Part shown: positions 13,284 to 25,289 of the stretch, piece after piece
Layout of the letters: each line of letters begins with the position of its first letter
Numbering within the stretch: position 1 is the stretch's first letter
Assembly (NCBI GenBank): GCA_907165135.1
Contig: OU015569.1
Span: 2,728,001-2,792,000, forward strand
Length of the DNA stretch: 64,000 nt
Reading direction: 5' to 3'
Origin: Oikopleura dioica
Taxonomy: Eukaryota; Animalia; Chordata
Made by a program: the position numbers and the translations under genes
Notes under the pieces: generated by a model
What the model was told of the DNA's origin: nothing
Databases searched by the model: none
What the model saw: the letters and a program-made list of their open reading frames with translations, nothing else

Positions 13284-14425
13284 TTAAGAGTCAAAAAGTT
13301 TAGTTATAAATTTTCTGACTTATTTTTTATCAATATACGTAGATTACGTCCTTTACTAAAGGCTTTAGAAAAAGACGCATGAGCCCATTACTTAGGGTGC
13401 CCTGTATAAATGACTGCGATTTTTAGTTCGAAGAATTCATGTTGGATCCTCTTTTGAGAGATTGAATTTTAATCGTTGGGGACGGCCTTAAAATTCGGGA
13501 TTTCCTTACTTCCTTAGTAATTTTACTTGTAGGTTTCCTACTTGATTAATTGTAGAAACCGAAAGAATAATTATCTACACTCCATTACCATTATTCTGGA
13601 TTGTCAATCGATTTGTATCCGAATATTTTATAGAATTCGTTTATTTAATAATTTTCTATATGCTTTACTTTTACAACTATCCGTGATTTCCATGGTGAGA
13701 AAATAAGTTTCATCAAAATTCGACGTTTTTCAATTTTTCTATTTTCTGTTTTCAATTGACGTCAATCTTCTCCCACACACTACGCTATCAAAACGCCAGT
13801 CTCTCTCTTCCTTTCTCTCTTCAGATAGATTAAGAGGGAGAGAGACAACAATAAATATTATGTCTTAATTTCAAGCTATCTTTTTTGCTGCATGTCTGAG
13901 TATTCATAAATGAGAATACGGACATGAATGTCTGAAGACAGCTTTCTGTCTTTATCCGATAGCGTCTATCGTGTTAATCGCCTTTCAGCCTCCACTCCAA
14001 CTACTGAAGCTCTTTTCAGAAGAGCTACAGTCACCGAAACGCTAGAAAGATTTTTGATTATATTTTGCTCAAAATACTTTCTTTGAAATTTCATTCAATT
14101 CAAACGAAGAACTTTTTCTTTTTTACCTTTTCCCGACTTTGCTATTTGCTCGTTCTGTTTTTTTCTGCCTAAACTTATTATTTCATTCAAGAAAACACGC
14201 TTCTGACAAGGTTCTTGTTCAAAATTGAGTAGTTTCGAATTGAAATGGAATTCAAGAAATCTCGTGCTCAAGCGTAGTACTACAACTACAAGGCGTTAAT
14301 TCAGACATATCGTTGACTCTCCCCTTGCGTGGTTGATTTCATTTCGCCAGTGATTTTCCAAAGAGAGAACAAACGAAGAATACAGCTTCGTTTAATTTCA
14401 ATTTTGTTTGAAAGAAGACGCGAAA

Positions 14426-14604
14426 ATTACGTCGACAAAAACCGAATCTGAACTTAGAGTTTTAGGGAAAACTCTCCAGGTGAGTTAAGCTTATATTTCC
14501 CCTTTTCTAGTCCTTTTTAGGGAGTCGTATCAAAATTCGTCGCTGCTGACGGGCTCAACAGAAAGCTCCGATACGGTCTTGCGCCGCCTTGCCGACCGAG
14601 ATAG
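14426..14604 (+). promoter_or_regulatory. AUU-initiated spliced upstream ORF (uCC-like), 45 codons, ending ...GLAPPCRPR*
   Basis: AAA-ATT at 14423-14428; 18 codons to GT donor 14480; AG acceptor 14520; 27 further codons to TAG 14602-14604. No ATG between this stop and the main ATG at 14710. Confidence 0.65.
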
Positions 14605-14709
14605 CACCCTCTAGCTTTCCCACAAAGCCAAAAAATAGAATAGTGTCTTTTCGTCGTTTCGACGTCAATTTCATCCAATCTCCAAATACCAACTTCTCAG
14701 TCCGCAAGA

Positions 14710-17284
14710 ATGAAGATTCCTGACTCGCAAAACTCATTCAACTTACCTCTCAAAACCCACCATTCCTGGGACGATGAACATCTTACCTCTTTCGAGGTTC
14801 AATCCTGCTGCGTGGTGGACTTTCAATCTGTCAAGCAAATGGTAATTGAAGGGAACTCGATCTAGAATTCATGAACTCTTTGAGGTAGCACTTTGGGAAA
14901 CTCACCTGCCCCGGGTGGAAATGTTCCACAAAGTCAAAAGCAACAACAACGTCCGTCTCCTCGCCGATCTTGCCGAACTGGGCCTGCAATTCCAGTTGAC
15001 TTCTAAGAAAGACTTTTCCGCCCTCGAGTCCGCTGGATTGTGCCCTTCCAGCTCCGTCCTCATCAGCCCAGCAAAAATGAACTCGCTGCTCAGAGAAGCA
15101 GAGAAACAATCGGTCCCGCTCTTGTCCTTTGATTGCGAAAACGAACTCGTGAAAATTCGCAAAACTCATCCAGACGCTCAACTTTTGCTTGACGTTTCCT
15201 CTTTTCAATTCCCTCAAGGTATAGCGAAACTCAACTTTTCATTCATCTCTTATTCATGTTCTTTTAGCGATTGATAGCTGCCAATCTCTGCTAGAACGTA
15301 CTGCTTTGTTGGGAATGAAAGTAGCCGGAGTGTGTCTTGACGAAACATCTCTTGGAGATGTAGAACTGCTCAAAGCCGAGCTCTTCAAGTGCGTGAAAGT
15401 CGCGAAAATAGCGAAACTCTTTGGACACGAGCTGAAGATTCTCCATCTTGGAGCAATCATTTACGAAGAACTTCAACTCTTTGAAGCTTTCAGTGCTGAG
15501 CTCTCCACGCTCTTGGACGATCACTTTGCCAACTACAGGTAGATACGTTCGTATTTCTTTTTTTTTAAACGAAGCTAGAATCATGGCGAACACGACGGAG
15601 TTCCACCTTGGCGAGCCTCTCGCCATCTTGACTCCTGTTTTGTCGACGGAAGCAGTGCCCGACCAGGGTGTCCAGGTCCAGCTGAATACCAAGCTCAATT
15701 CCTTCAACGCCGAGCATTTGCCGACCATTGTCACAAGTAAGAGAAACCAGCGATAAGCAAAATTTTACGAAAATTCTCCTAGAAAAGGCGAATCGAAAAG
15801 CAATGCCCGTGTGCTTCCGAGGCGCCGACGATCTGGTCTCTTCTGGGAACTTCCCGGAAGTCTTCACTGGCGACATTCTCCTCTGGAATTTATCAGGTAA
15901 TATCCTAACATAGGTCATCCCCTTGTTACCAGGATAAACGTTGGCGAAAATCTGAATTTAGCAGGATAAACCCCAGGCAAACTTGCCCCCATGTTAGCAG
16001 GATAAACTTTGGCAAAAGGGCTCATTGTTAGCAGGGTAAACTTTGGCACTCAATTAACAGGGTTGCGTGAATCATCAGCGCTCGCCCAGGGCGTGACGTA
16101 ACTGTTAGCCCGAGGAGGACTCAACCTGCTGGAAGAAAATGCGAATGAAGCAAATCTGCTTGAAATACAAGTGAACAATTTTATGTTATTAATTTTAATT
16201 TTAATATATAATTTTTTTAAATTAAAATGGGCCAAAAAATAAAATCCCTGTTCCTGTCTCTGTTCCTGTTTACAGGATTCCGAGGCCATTCATTAGATCA
16301 AGCGACTTCGGTGAAGTATAGCCCATATCATTATAGAATATAGGGACTAATATCTTATATATCTAATATTGGATATAATATCTGCATCATTGCTGACCTG
16401 AGGTCAAGTTGGGGTTACCTGGGATCACTCAGGATCAACTTTGGAGATTTTTCTTCTTGAAAGATGGTTAGAGTCCGAAAAGGGCCAGGTACGAGATCAC
16501 CCCGTTATCAATAGTCAAAATAAAGCTCAGCTTCTGAGCTTTCTAATACAGTATTAGTAATACTGTATAATGTGCCTACCAGAGTTTCAAATTTGCTGAG
16601 TTAAGTGAGCTGAGACTGCTCAGTGATTTTCAAAAGTGAACTGATCTCCTCAGCTCAGACGATAAATTATCGTCGATAATCATTCAGCTCAGCTCAATGA
16701 TTTCAACACAATTTTACTACTAAAATACAGTAAAAAATAGCTCAACTCAGCTCACTCAGCTCAGCGAAAATAAAGCCAAATTTGCAACTCTGGTGCCTAC
16801 CCTCCTAAGCCCTAAAAATAAATAATTTAAAAATATGAATAAATATCAAAATTAAAATTAATAATGATAAAATCGTTAACTTGTATTAAATACTGAATTT
16901 ATAAATATATATTGAAATTTTCAAGCAGATTTTATGAAGATATTTTTCATTGGCATTTTCTTCCAGCAGGTTGAGTCCTCCTCGGGCTAACAGTTACGTC
17001 ACGCCCTGGGCGAGCGCTGATGATTCACGCAACCCTGTTAATTGAGTGCCAAAGTTTACCCTGCTAACAATGAGCCCTTTTGCCAAAGTTTATCCTGCTA
17101 ACATGGGGGCAAGTTTGCCTGGGGTTTATCCTGCTAAATTCAGATTTTCGCCGACGTTTATCCTGGTAACAAGGGGATGACCTATGTTATTTGTATTGTG
17201 AATGAATGCTCAACTGTTTTTTCAGATATGCAATGGTCATCGAAATTCCCCCTTCATTACTTAGATGATAAGCAGATGAACTGA
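14710..17284 (+). CDS. AZIN1: Ornithine decarboxylase homolog lacking catalytic residues (antizyme inhibitor-like)
   Basis: After removing intron 14842-14884, VVDFQSVKQMVALWETHLPRVEMFHKVKSN aligns gap-free with ODC [43 protein letters not shown] is conserved. The last exon (17226-17284) lies beyond an intronic TE. Confidence 0.75.
15908..17187. mobile_element. Long-TIR (foldback-like) non-autonomous element with TA flanks in the last AZIN-like intron
   Basis: 15908-~16170 is a near-perfect inverted copy of ~16915-17187. TA|acataggtcatcc...ggatgacctatgt|TA. Internal sub-repeats caggataaac. Confidence 0.85.
16580..16792. mobile_element. hAT-type MITE with GAGCT/AGCTC repeats, nested in the long-TIR element
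   Basis: Exact 8-bp TSD gtgcctac on both sides; TIR cagagtttcaaattt / aaatttgcaactctg; same family as 41002-42222. Confidence 0.85.
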
Positions 17285-17557
17285 AATTGACGTCGAAACG
17301 AAACCTTTCCTTATTTTTTTCCTTATTCTTTTATAAATGTCAAATGCGTATACTCAGTATACTGCATCGTTTTAGACTTCTTTGATTTCAAAGTATATAC
17401 AAGCCTTTTAGCCCTGTAAAATAAACCTTATTTAAAATATGCTGTGATGTCTCTCCAACTACCTACAAACTTTGTAATACCCAACAGAAATGCGTTCAAC
17501 CCCTCGTTCAACCCTATTTATTTACTGTGCTGATGTAGAATCTCTCCAATAACTGTC

Positions 17558-20500
17558 ATCAATGTTCATTCCAGGCACTACTAGTTTTATTTGCAAGCAG
17601 GGAACGGCAGTGATAGTACTTTTCAGATTTGAGGTTGATTTCTTTGAAAACTTGCAAATTACAAGTCTTCTTTTCTGGTGCCCTTCCACGAGGTCTTGGG
17701 GTGATATGCGCTCTTCTTGTAGATTTTGCGCGCTGCGTCTGGAGAGTCGTCGTATTCGGAATTCAGAGTTTTGCATTCAGGGTCTTCTTCTGCATTAAAA
17801 TTCTATTCATTCGGAAAAAAAGGCGATCTCACCTTCTGGGATGTTGTCGAGCAGATGGTCCCGTGCGCCTCTGAAGGCGACATCTTGTTGTGAGACTAAA
17901 TCGGCCTCTACGGAAGGAGTGCGTCCACTAAAAGTCCTTTGAAAAAAAGTAAGCTATGGAAAATGTACCGGAGGAAAACGGGCCCGACTCGGAGAGAGTT
18001 CATCACCTCTCCCAAGGACTCGGAAATCATCGATATCAAGCCACCAAGCCAGGCAAGGCCAGCAAGCATCCACATCAAGACTTTTTTAATTCGCGAAATA
18101 TGAACTTTTGGATAGAATATGAATTTTTTCGCCGAGTTTCCTATTGTTCGATAAATCTCCAAGAAAAAGTTCAACCATGCGGAATTGTCGATGTCGCCTT
18201 GCTGGAAAGCTGGAACGTAGTCGCCGAAACCAACAGTTGTAAGCGTAATTATCGTAAAATACCAAGCGTTGAGCATCTCCCAGCCTTCTAAGAAGTGGAA
18301 GCAGACAGCGGGAATTATCTGAGCACGTTTAACAACTGATAAAGCAAGCGACTCTTTACCGAGAAGATCAAGGATCCGAAGAACACGTAAGCAGCAAAGA
18401 TTGTGAATGCTTGTCGTTTAGTAGGGGTCTTTCCGTAGATGGAAATGAGTATTTGACTCATGTAGAGTTTGAGTGTGTCGCCGATTTTGCCCATGAAGAA
18501 TCCAAAGAGCGGAATGGACGTTAATGCATAGAACACGCTTAAAAATATATGACTATCTAATTCTGTCGTAGCTCTTACCAGAAAATCTTGCCGCCACTCG
18601 TAGTTGGATAGACATTTCCATATCCAATTGTCGTCCCGATTGTTCCAGTAAAGAAGAAAGCGTTCCGGTAGGACCAGAGATTCGGGCAGCCGAGAGTTCC
18701 ATCTTTTTTGATGACCATTTTCGTCTTTGACGGATGGGGAACGTCCAGTGAGTCCAGGAAACCTTTCTTTGCTTCGTGCGCCTTCGTTGCTACAGAAGAC
18801 GTTTCAGTGCCCTTGGAGCGGAAAATATAGCTTGCCTTTTTGAGAGTAACGAGGAACCATGTCCATGAGATTCTTGACCAGCTCGTTTTTGAACTAACTC
18901 TTGGGTCTCGATATTGCCTAATCCGCTAATAAACGCTCGCACTACTGTATCGCTGGCCCGTTCATTTAGTTGCTGCTCTTTTTGCCTGAGAAGGGCATCT
19001 TTCGCGGAGATGGACATGTTGAGCTTGTTTAGCTCATCTTTGTACTACAGTATCTAAATCAGCCCAAACAAAATTTTTCACACGACCTTCATTTCGATCA
19101 TTTATGAGTAGAAATGAGATGAAGACGCTGAATTAAAGAGCTCATTCGCGACTTTCTGACACATAAAATCCTTCTTTTGGGCAAGAACGATCATGGCCTC
19201 TGAATCAAGATAGATTCCGTCGACCGAATTTGCCCTAGAATTCGTCCATTACTAATTAACATGAGTTGATGATGTGAATTAGATACTTGGCCATGAGCGC
19301 GATTCGCGTTTGGAGGAGTTCTTCGCGGGTCAAGTGAACCTGCTCCGTTTTCACGACGATGGTGGCGGTTTTGTTGGTAATCACTTCAGATGCATTCCTT
19401 ACCTCGGACTTGAGCCCCTCAATTTCGTCGGCCTTGTCTTTATCGACAATGACGATAGACTCTTCTATGTCTCCAGACTCTTCGCTTTTGTGCTTTACGA
19501 CCTGGAGTTGTTTTCTTGATGGTTTGTGTCCCTAAATTACTCCCGTAACTACCACTTCTGCTGGAATTCTAGTTATAGGCGTTGCCAGAGTAATAAAACA
19601 TCATTCACCTTTGACATTGCCACCTCAGTCACGATTGTCCCCTGCTCAAAGTTGATAATTGCATTGCCAACGAGGAGAGCAGATTTCCCATAAGTTTCAT
19701 TCTTCAGAAAGAGCTTATTTATAGCGTCGATCTGGTTCGCGCCATTTTCGGGATTTTCTGAGACAACTACACGAAAATTATAAGTTCATGTCAAACCAGG
19801 CACAGCTGAAGCTCTGCGCCACGTGTCTTGTTGGCAAGAAGAAAACTTACAACGAGATGTGGTGTGCCCTTTACGCATCTTCCACAACGTCACTTCAGCA
19901 CTGATCATGAATTCCTCGATCTTTGCCAGCTGGCTTGCTGCACTTCGTTCATAACTTTTGCGAGGGAAAAAACTCTGTCGCCGTCTGCAAGCTTCTAGCG
20001 CATTTTGGAAAGGCTAGATTTGATCCCCTTCCTAGGCATATCCTTGAAAAATCGCTGAGCCGCATGCCAAACGGAATCTTGCACGAATCCCTCTTTCAGC
20101 GCCGTATGAAACTCGAGTTTTGTTGGGAAATTCGGGAATCCACGTTGTCGCGTCGCTTTGTACGAAATTTCGCCGCTCAGTTTTCCTATTTCAAAATATT
20201 TTCAAGCTATTCAGTCGACAGATTTATACCAATGCCACTGTAGTTGCCGTATTTACTAGCCACTTCTTCTTGGGTAAAGTATTCTGAAATCTTTTGAGCA
20301 TTACTGTTATAAGGGTTGATTTGTGCGGGTCGCGGCTTCTCAGATTTTGAAACTTCTTCAACGGGTATTTTATGTTTTTTGATAAGAGCCATTATGTCCT
20401 CCTCTTCCTCTGTCGTTTTGTTCCCTGAAATTTGAAAGTCCCAACTTAGCCCAGGTTGCTTTGCAACACAAAAGTATATCGCAATATCGATATACGGCAT

Positions 20501-22588
20501 GTTATATACCTCCAGTATATATTCTTTCAATGCGTCAAATGGAATTCCAGTTTGACGACGGACTCAGTATAGCTCTTATACTGAACAGTTCTACGCTGAT
20601 AAATTAAATTTATCATTAGGTAGTGACCTGTATAGAAGCTTCTTGACATTGTGACCCCTGTCGCCTGGTTTTGGGTCAAGAAATTCGAAATAATTTCCTT
20701 CCCTAAGAATGTTGTGAAACAATTCTCGCGTCCCAGTTTCGGCCACGGATATAGATATGGGTTCCTTTGTGAATTAGCGGCGAAAGCACGAGCGCGCAAT
20801 TACATACCGCGACATCCTGCCACCAGTAACACCGTTGTTAATTGCCTCCTTGCTACTTACTGTGATCTGGATTACAGTTTCTATTCGTTGAGTCTGTAAA
20901 GTCGCAGTCAACAGCAGGCTCTTCGACAGGTCCCCACAAACTTTGCTTCTGACAGATGAGCTCCCCATTCGATCGCTTATAAATTTGGTAAGGGCAGGAA
21001 CAAATGTAGTCTCCGCGGCGATTGAGACAGATGAATGGCTCCTGGCACTGGTGAACTCCTTCTTCGCACTCGTCGATGTCGAAGCATCCATACTCGGTTT
21101 CTTCGCCAGGATTAGCGTACGGCCGCCCCCAAGCGTAGCCGATCGGACATGTTCCTACACACAGATTTTTCTCATCAGTGGGTTGCCTTCAATCGTCAAT
21201 ATAAAATGACTAGCGCAATAACAAACACAGAAGATAGGTAGTTATTGATTTAATGTGTAAAGAAACCCTTTCAGAAGAATAAAACTGGCCACCGTCGCAT
21301 TGACAGGTGTACCCCTTGTCTTGACGGGAGTCCAAGGCGCAGACACTTCCTTTTGGACAAGTGTTGCCCTCGCATGGACTTTTTGGCTTCGTTCTTTTAC
21401 AGATTGTTGGAAGCTGCTTGTGGCAATTTTTGTAGCGGAAATTCGGATGGCGCTTCCAGCTGCTCACATGGCGATTGTATTTCGAAAAGGTCGTCTTCTT
21501 CCACGCCCAACATGTGGTATCGCATGGAGTAGCCCCTGTCTCTCTGAAAAGGAGAGTGTCAAACTTTTCCAACTTGCGTCGCCTGCGATCAGCAAGTCTT
21601 AACTTACTTGAGCCTTAGCCACAGCTGGAGCGGCTGGGCAGCTAGAACCTTGTGATGAAGAAATATGAGTTCGTCCATCGATGTCGTCGATGTCATCGCC
21701 CAGTCACCCAAGAACTCACATCTGCTTACTGCTTCCGTGTATGTCATTTCTTCGTTGATGACCCTAAGAATAGTTCAACCCGAAAATGAGTAATCGAATT
21801 AAGTGCATTTAGTAAATTCTTTTCGGGAAATATATTTTGCTTTATTTCGCACATTTCCTTGTCAGGATTGACCTTTGATGACAAGACGATCTTTTTTATT
21901 TAGGGATACGTTGAGCTGCAGGAAAGTTGAGAATCCCAACTGTCAAAATGATTCATTTTTGACAAAATGTGATAATGGACACTAATGTGGTCAGCGCGAT
22001 GAACCTGTATCTCTTTACTACTGTAATTTAAAAGTAACTGTAGTAAACCTGAATATTTTACGGCTTACCGATAATTGTCGACGTCGTAATTCTTCGTGAT
22101 ATTTTCTAGCTTCCTGAGTTCCCAAGTCGTATCCCAGTGCGCCTGTCTTTTTCTTCTTTGTCCCGTCAGATATTCCATTTCTCCGATTCCGTTGTCGACA
22201 ATGCTAAAATCGGTTCTTTGTTCTGATAATTTTAAATTTTTACCTCAAAGCTCTTTGAATCGTCATCGAGTCATCATTATCCGTGAGCAAAGAAGTATCC
22301 ACTTCATTTTCAATCTTCAAGCTTAAATTCTGAAGACGGGCAATATTTTGATATCGTTCATTTTCGATGCTAGTAATAAAATAACAGTTGATTTGAGAGA
22401 CAACTGGACCCACCTGCAAACCCGTTCTTCTTCAGGTTTTTCTAGCCACATGAAGACAACTCCTCCGATGATGATGTAAGTGAAATAAACGATGAACAGG
22501 AAAATGTTCACGTATCCTAGTAAACTCGGTTCAAAGGTGAAATTTTATGCTCCCTGAAATATGCAAGCGGAAGGCCACCCAATATCAT
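17558..22588 (-). CDS. Two-pore-domain K+ channel (K2P) with a large lectin/EGF insertion in the M1-P1 loop
   Basis: M1 [24 protein letters not shown] at ~22430-22500; P1 [17 protein letters not shown]; M2 [11 protein letters not shown]; P2 [19 protein letters not shown]; M4 [13 protein letters not shown]. Intervening exons encode CTL, EGF and Ca-EGF motifs. 3' end approximate. Confidence 0.85.
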
Positions 22589-22740
22589 TGACGTACTTAA
22601 TTTAACGCCTTTCTATTTTACACCCTTTTTCTACATTCCAATTGAATAATTAGTGAATAAAATTATTAATTAATAGATGAAATAATATTTCAACTTGTCG
22701 TGACTTTCGAAGAATAGCTTTAGTAGGGAAATTTTGAAAA

Positions 22741-23960
22741 TTACCGATTGATCTGCCCTCCATCGAGGACATGACCGATGTCCGGATCATCTTCGTAAAG
22801 TGACCGCAACTCTGATAAGTTTATAGTAGTCCTCTATAACTCTTCGAATGTAAATTCGTGTACTTGTATGAGCTATCGATTAATCAACGCGCTAGCCTCA
22901 ACTTGACGATCTCTTTCTGACCCTCTAGCGTTAACAATCAAGAAAACTTAAGAGCTTAATGCAAAATGCGCCAAGTGCCTTTTTAAATGTCCACTCGTTT
23001 TCCGAGTTTCTTTAAAACTTTCTTTTTTTTTTTGTTAAATATCTAATATAAAAGAATAATTAATATATGTACATCGGTGAACCTTTTGGACTTCTAAAGC
23101 TTCAAAACACTTTCTTTTTGAGATGAAATTTTATTTATTAAAAAATCAGTGACCAGTTTCAGACTTCAAACCTCGATCAAGAACGAATGTATCAGTCGCT
23201 GTGAAAAAATCTTGAGGTTCTCGCTTGATGCTCTTCGACTTCGATAGGGATCGATCCAAGGACTTTTCGTGGGACTTGTTGTCTCGCGTTCGTGGAGATC
23301 GAGATCGGCTAAAACAATAAGATCTTCCAGGAAAGCTTTCTCACCTTCTGGGTTGACCTTGAGAGTCACTTCGGAATCTGCCTCGTCCGTCGTTTCCAGC
23401 GACATCGCCTCCCCATTCTTCTCGAACCTGAAAAAAGGCAATTGAAAAAGAAACCGAATCCAAAATTTTACTCTGAACACGAGCTTGATCTTCTGTCCGC
23501 AGAAATAACGACCATCGAGTTCTTCGACAGCGCGTCGCGCACCATCCTCCCGCTTGTAGCAAACCACTCCGCGGTTAAATCCATGATGGCCTAAATTCGA
23601 AAACCAATCTTTTTTGAACTGATAAAAGAATGTTTACTACCGTGGGCACCCGCATAAGTCACTTCTCCAGCCTTTTGCATGAATTCCTTGAGATTAAACC
23701 AGCTAAATAAAGCAATATTTGATGTCAAAAATTATTAGTAGGAAAGGTAAAGAATCAACTGGTGGACTTGCTCAAGTGCTAACCTGCATGCCGAGCTCAA
23801 GTTTTCGACTTCCACGGTCCAGGGGGTATTTTTCGGGGCTACGTACATCTTGAAAGTAGGCTTGACATGGAAGGTTCCTCGTCGGTCGTAGCCCTGAACA
23901 CAATTGACTGTCGGCAAGGTTAGGGGAAGGTTCTTACCCAAGCCGGGCTTCGGGAGTCCC
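22741..23960 (-). CDS. SR protein, SRSF4/5/6-like pseudo-RRM plus short RS-like tail (5' end unresolved)
   Basis: [31 protein letters not shown]...GVVCYKREDGARRAVEELDGRYFCGQKIKL aligns with SRSF4/5/6 RRM2; downstream RSRSPR. Confidence 0.7.
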
Positions 23961-24256
23961 CTGGTCGGTAGGATATTCGCTTATGAATCCCCGAGAAATG
24001 GGTGTTGAGATTTGTGTTGAGTTCCAATCGGCTAGGCTTCATAGAGACGGATCTGGACCAGGAGCTAGAGGATCCCTTCTTCGATTCGGAAACTAATACC
24101 GTGATTCACATTTCTGACTGACCAGAATCAATTTCTATTGTAATTCGTTTGAACAAAAGTCCTATGTTTTAGCACAGGGAAATTTTCAAACGATTTTGAA
24201 TTGGTCACTCACGAATGTGAACCGCGGTATATTCATAAGATTTGCATTTTGAAAAA

Positions 24257-24701
24257 TTACTGACTTTTATATTTTTGATGACGCTTTTGCTTTTGAACTG
24301 GCTCTTGTGGGCTACAAGTGTCGGAAGGAAGGACCCTTTTCAAAGGCGATTTTGAAGTTTTTGGAGGTGTATTGGATGAAGAGTCGGGTGCAGTTGGCGT
24401 TTTTGACGAAGACTCGTTTTTTGCAACTAAAATTAGCAATTAAATAACAAGAGTTGCGAAAATACTAACCTTGATCTTTTTCGAGATCTCCGATTGAAGA
24501 GCGCTGATGATTGAGCTCATATTGATCTGTATTGTTGAGTTGTTCGAGGAAAAATTTCAAAATTTTAACGTCCTCTCCGGTAACTGGTGTGCTCTCCCGA
24601 ATATTTTTCTCGAGCTTGCTCACGTGATCCAAAACTCTTGGCCAGTATTTTCTCTCCCTATTTACTATTTCTTTAAATTCTTCGTTCCGAAGAGCTTCCA
24701 T
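24257..24701 (-). CDS. Hypothetical protein exons (helical segment plus Ser/Pro/Lys-rich); may be the 5' part of the SR-like gene
   Basis: ORFs MEALRNEEFKEIVNRERKYW... and SSSKTPTAPDSS... separated by an intron-like gap; no recognisable family. Confidence 0.35.
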
Positions 24702-25289
24702 GTTAAAAAATGAACAAAGATGGAAATTTGGATAAATTTTTTTTGAGTCTTGGTGCTTTCGAGAAATCTAGGGAGTAAAGACGCGGAGAGATTTTCGATT
24801 CGACTGAGATTTGTGACGACATTATTCAAAAACAGCTTCCTCAAAAATGATGATATGATGATACTGTGCCTTGCTTACGTACATTTTTGATAGAACAATC
24901 GATAATAACAAGTAACAAATTATTTTTCTGTATTTTGGAGCAGCAGTTTTAATCGAGTGGTCTCCGTTTGCCCAAGTCGCCGTTTACCCAACATCGCCGT
25001 TTGCCGAACAATGAATGATTACAAACAAAAGTTTATTTATCCGTATTTTTGAGCCATGTTGTCTTCAAAAGAAGTCGAGTTGATATCCTTATTGAGCAAA
25101 CTATCACAAGATATATCTTTTGTAAATATAAAAAATAAATAGAAAGATGTTTTTGACCCATTTTGGCGGCTCCGCCCATGCCGGTAACAGTCTGTTAAAA
25201 TTTGTAGATGATCGCCTTTATTGCCGTGCAAATTCCGGTTCCATCACATGTAGTTTTAAACACACGAGTTCACATCGAAAAATTCCCAG

